Origin: the human T2T-CHM13v2.0 reference genome, Homo sapiens
Assembly: GCF_009914755.1 (NCBI RefSeq)
Contig: NC_060927.1
DNA: 64,000 nt
Reading direction: 5' to 3' (one strand)
The position numbers were made by a program, and so were the translations under genes. Shown piece after piece: positions 61,085 to 64,000 of this stretch. Under the pieces are notes generated by a model that had not been told where the DNA came from, did not search any database, and saw only the letters and a program-made list of their open reading frames with translations. How positions within the stretch are numbered: the first letter of the stretch is position 1; each line of letters starts with the position of its first letter.

Positions 61085-61378
61085 CTGGGCAGGCGCAGGG
61101 GCTCCTGCCTGCAATCCCAGCAGTTTGGGAGGCCGAGGCAGGAGGATCGCTTGAGCCCAGGAGTTCAAGACTACCCTGGGCAACATAGCAAGGTCTCATC
61201 TCTACAAATACAAAAATTAGCCAGGCGTGGTGGTGTGTGCCTGTGGTCCCAGTCATGTGGGAGGCTGAGGTGGGAGGATCACTTGAGCCTGGGAGACTGC
61301 AGTGAGCTATGAGCATGTCACTACACTCCAGCCTGGGGGAGAGAGCGATACCTGTCTCCCAAATAAATAAATAAAAAT
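61085..61378 (+). mobile_element. AluJ, preceded by a monomer fragment at ~60990-61075
   Basis: Alu dimer with (TAAA)n tail. Confidence 0.9.
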
Positions 61379-61707
61379 TTAAAAAAGAGAAGAAGAAAGA
61401 AGTGAAAAGGAGAAAAATGATGAATAAATTTGAAAGCAGAAAATATTTAAACATTTATATGGGAAAAAATACATGTTAACATGTGTTATATTTATACTTA
61501 TATTTTTACAGGTTATAAATATATACTATATATTTATGTATGTAAATATTTGTATTTCATATATTTGTATATTTTAGACATATCCTAAAGGATATCAAGA
61601 GATAAATGACAAAAAGTGGGGAGGAGAATATTTGCAACACATATGACAAAGAGCTAATTAACTTAATACACAAAGACCACTTAATATACAAAGATAAAAA
61701 AAATGTT

Positions 61708-62020
61708 GGGCTGAGCGTGGTGGCTCACACCTGTAATCCCAGCACTTTGGGAGGCCGAGGCAGGTGGATCACGAGGTCAGGAATTCAAGATCAGCCTGGT
61801 CAACATAGTGAAACCCTGTCTCTACTAAAAATACAAAAAAAATCAGCTGGGTGTAGTGGTGGGCGCCTGTAATCCCAGCTACTTGAGAGGCTGAGGCAGG
61901 AGAATCACATCAACCCAGGAGGCGGAGGTTGCAATGAGCCAAGATCGTGCCACTGCACTCCAGCCTGGGCGACAGTGCAAGACTCCATCTCAAAAATAAA
62001 TAAATAAATAAATATAAATA
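61708..62020 (+). mobile_element. Alu
   Basis: Full dimer with (TAAA)n tail. Confidence 0.95.
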
Positions 62021-62291
62021 AATGTTAAAAAGAAAGAAATGAGCAAACGATATAAACAGGTAGTGCACAAGAAAAAATGCAAACGGCTAAGAAACATATA
62101 TAAAGGTGTTGAACTGTATTAATTTTTTAAAATACACAAAGTTACATATACCATTTTTCACCAGCAGGTTGACAGAGACTGGAAACTTAGAAGTGACCCA
62201 CCCCTAACATTTGCAGGGTTAAAGCAACAGTACAAATGTGTACCCCTGTATCATACAATTACATATAGGAAAACTATAAATCAGGCAAACA

Positions 62292-62497
62292 GGCCAGGTG
62301 CAGTGCACGCCTGTAATCCCCGCACTTTGGGAGGCCGAGGTGGGAGGATTGCTTGAGCCTAGGAGTTTGAGACCAGCCCGGCTAACAGAGAGACCATGCC
62401 TCTACAAAAAACAAAATAGCTGGGCGCGGTAGCGCGTGCCTGTAGTTCCAGCTACTCGAGAGGTTGAGGCGGGACGGTCTCTTGAGTGACAGGAGCG
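62292..62497 (+). mobile_element. 3'-truncated Alu (J-type)
   Basis: Left arm, linker and partial right arm. Confidence 0.85.
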
Positions 62498-63675
62498 TGT
62501 GAAAGATCTTTAATAGATATTTTTGAGAAAAGCTAATTAAGGATCTGATGTATACTACGACCAACTGTATGTGTGTACATCTACATATCTATATCTATCT
62601 ATAGCTGTATATATATATATATAAAATATATATATAAGTTTATGCTTACATTTGCTAAGAAATTTTCTAGAAGGAATTACAAGGGAGTTACTAAGAGAAG
62701 GGATACATGGGGCAGTTTTTACCTCATACTTCTGTCTGTTCAAATTTGTCAGAGCGTTTGGTACTTCAAAAGAAAAACAATAACCGAAAAATACACTGAA
62801 ATTTCTCAGACACATCTTGTAACAGCCTCTAGCCTCCATCAACACCAGCAACCAGAAGCGTCTCACTGTGCAGGCGTTGCGCCAGGCACTGGGCTACCCA
62901 ACCACAATCAGAGTTGCCTTTCCAGGCCCGTGGAATTTTGTTCAGCCAGTGGCTGCCAGTTAGTTCTCTGTCTTTGTTTCCAAGGTAGCAGGAACCCTAC
63001 AGAAACCAGGAGAAAATATGTCACACCCCTAAATGTGTTTTCTTCACAGATTTCCCTAGAAGGCTGCCAGCCTGGGCAGTGGGTGAGAAGCCGCTCTGCT
63101 GGGTTACACATGGCAGGCCCAGCGCCCTGCAGGCTCAGGGAGGAGCTCTGCCCTGACCCAGCCGAATCTCACCCATGCAGGTGGCGGATCAGAGGACTTT
63201 CTGTGACTAGGAAAACAACTCAAAGGTCAGCCCTTCCCAGCAGTGAGTAAACACCCACATCCCCAGTTCTGAGAGAGGCCTGCAGAGGTGGCCTCTTCCC
63301 TAGTGAGAAGTCCTCCATGGCTAGTTATGGATTATTGGTCTGGGGGCTTCTGGACTTCAAAGACCAGCTGGATTAATCTCTGTATCCCGGTGCTTGGCAC
63401 AGTGCCTGGCACATGGGTGATGTTTGCTGAATTGCCATCAGGGCCTGTCTCTTCTCCTGCCACTTTCCACACCTCTGCAAAGAGGTAACTGCTCTTGGGC
63501 TGATTCCCTGGAGTTTGAACCTCACCTCTCTGAAGGGGGCATCCTTTTGCAGGATGTGCACTGTACATCCAGGAAAACACACCAGATGAGGAGCTCCTGA
63601 TGACTGGTTCACACTAATTTTGAGAACTTATCTCAGAAAATTTAGAAAATGAAGATGTCTAATAAAATACAATAA

Positions 63676-64000
<325 letters not shown>

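Noticed and set aside
62573-63250. 225-aa ORF
   Set aside because: Begins in a TA/TATC microsatellite and L1 remnant; no domain similarity

Overview
Primate (human-type) genomic DNA, dense in Alu, L1, L2 and LTR elements. It contains the 5' half of BDH1 (mitochondrial D-3-hydroxybutyrate dehydrogenase) on the minus strand: three coding exons (19005-19087, 6133-6205, 5056-5166) that splice in frame, 5' UTR exons in a CpG island (~27.2-28.9 kb) and a probable distal first exon (~45.8-46.0 kb). Upstream lie a MER4A-type provirus, a THE1 provirus, a multiply nested ERVL/MLT2 relic, an RPL36 processed pseudogene and a 35-bp VNTR. Nearly all ORFs in the track are repeat-derived or chance. I found no convincing new multi-gene system. 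The most unusual signals are three short locally templated insertions, an LTR inserted exactly on another provirus's boundary, uORFs that differ between BDH1 5' UTR variants, and a VNTR whose variant sites toggle transcription-factor motifs. Repeat family names come from recognition of consensus sequences by eye, not from a search.
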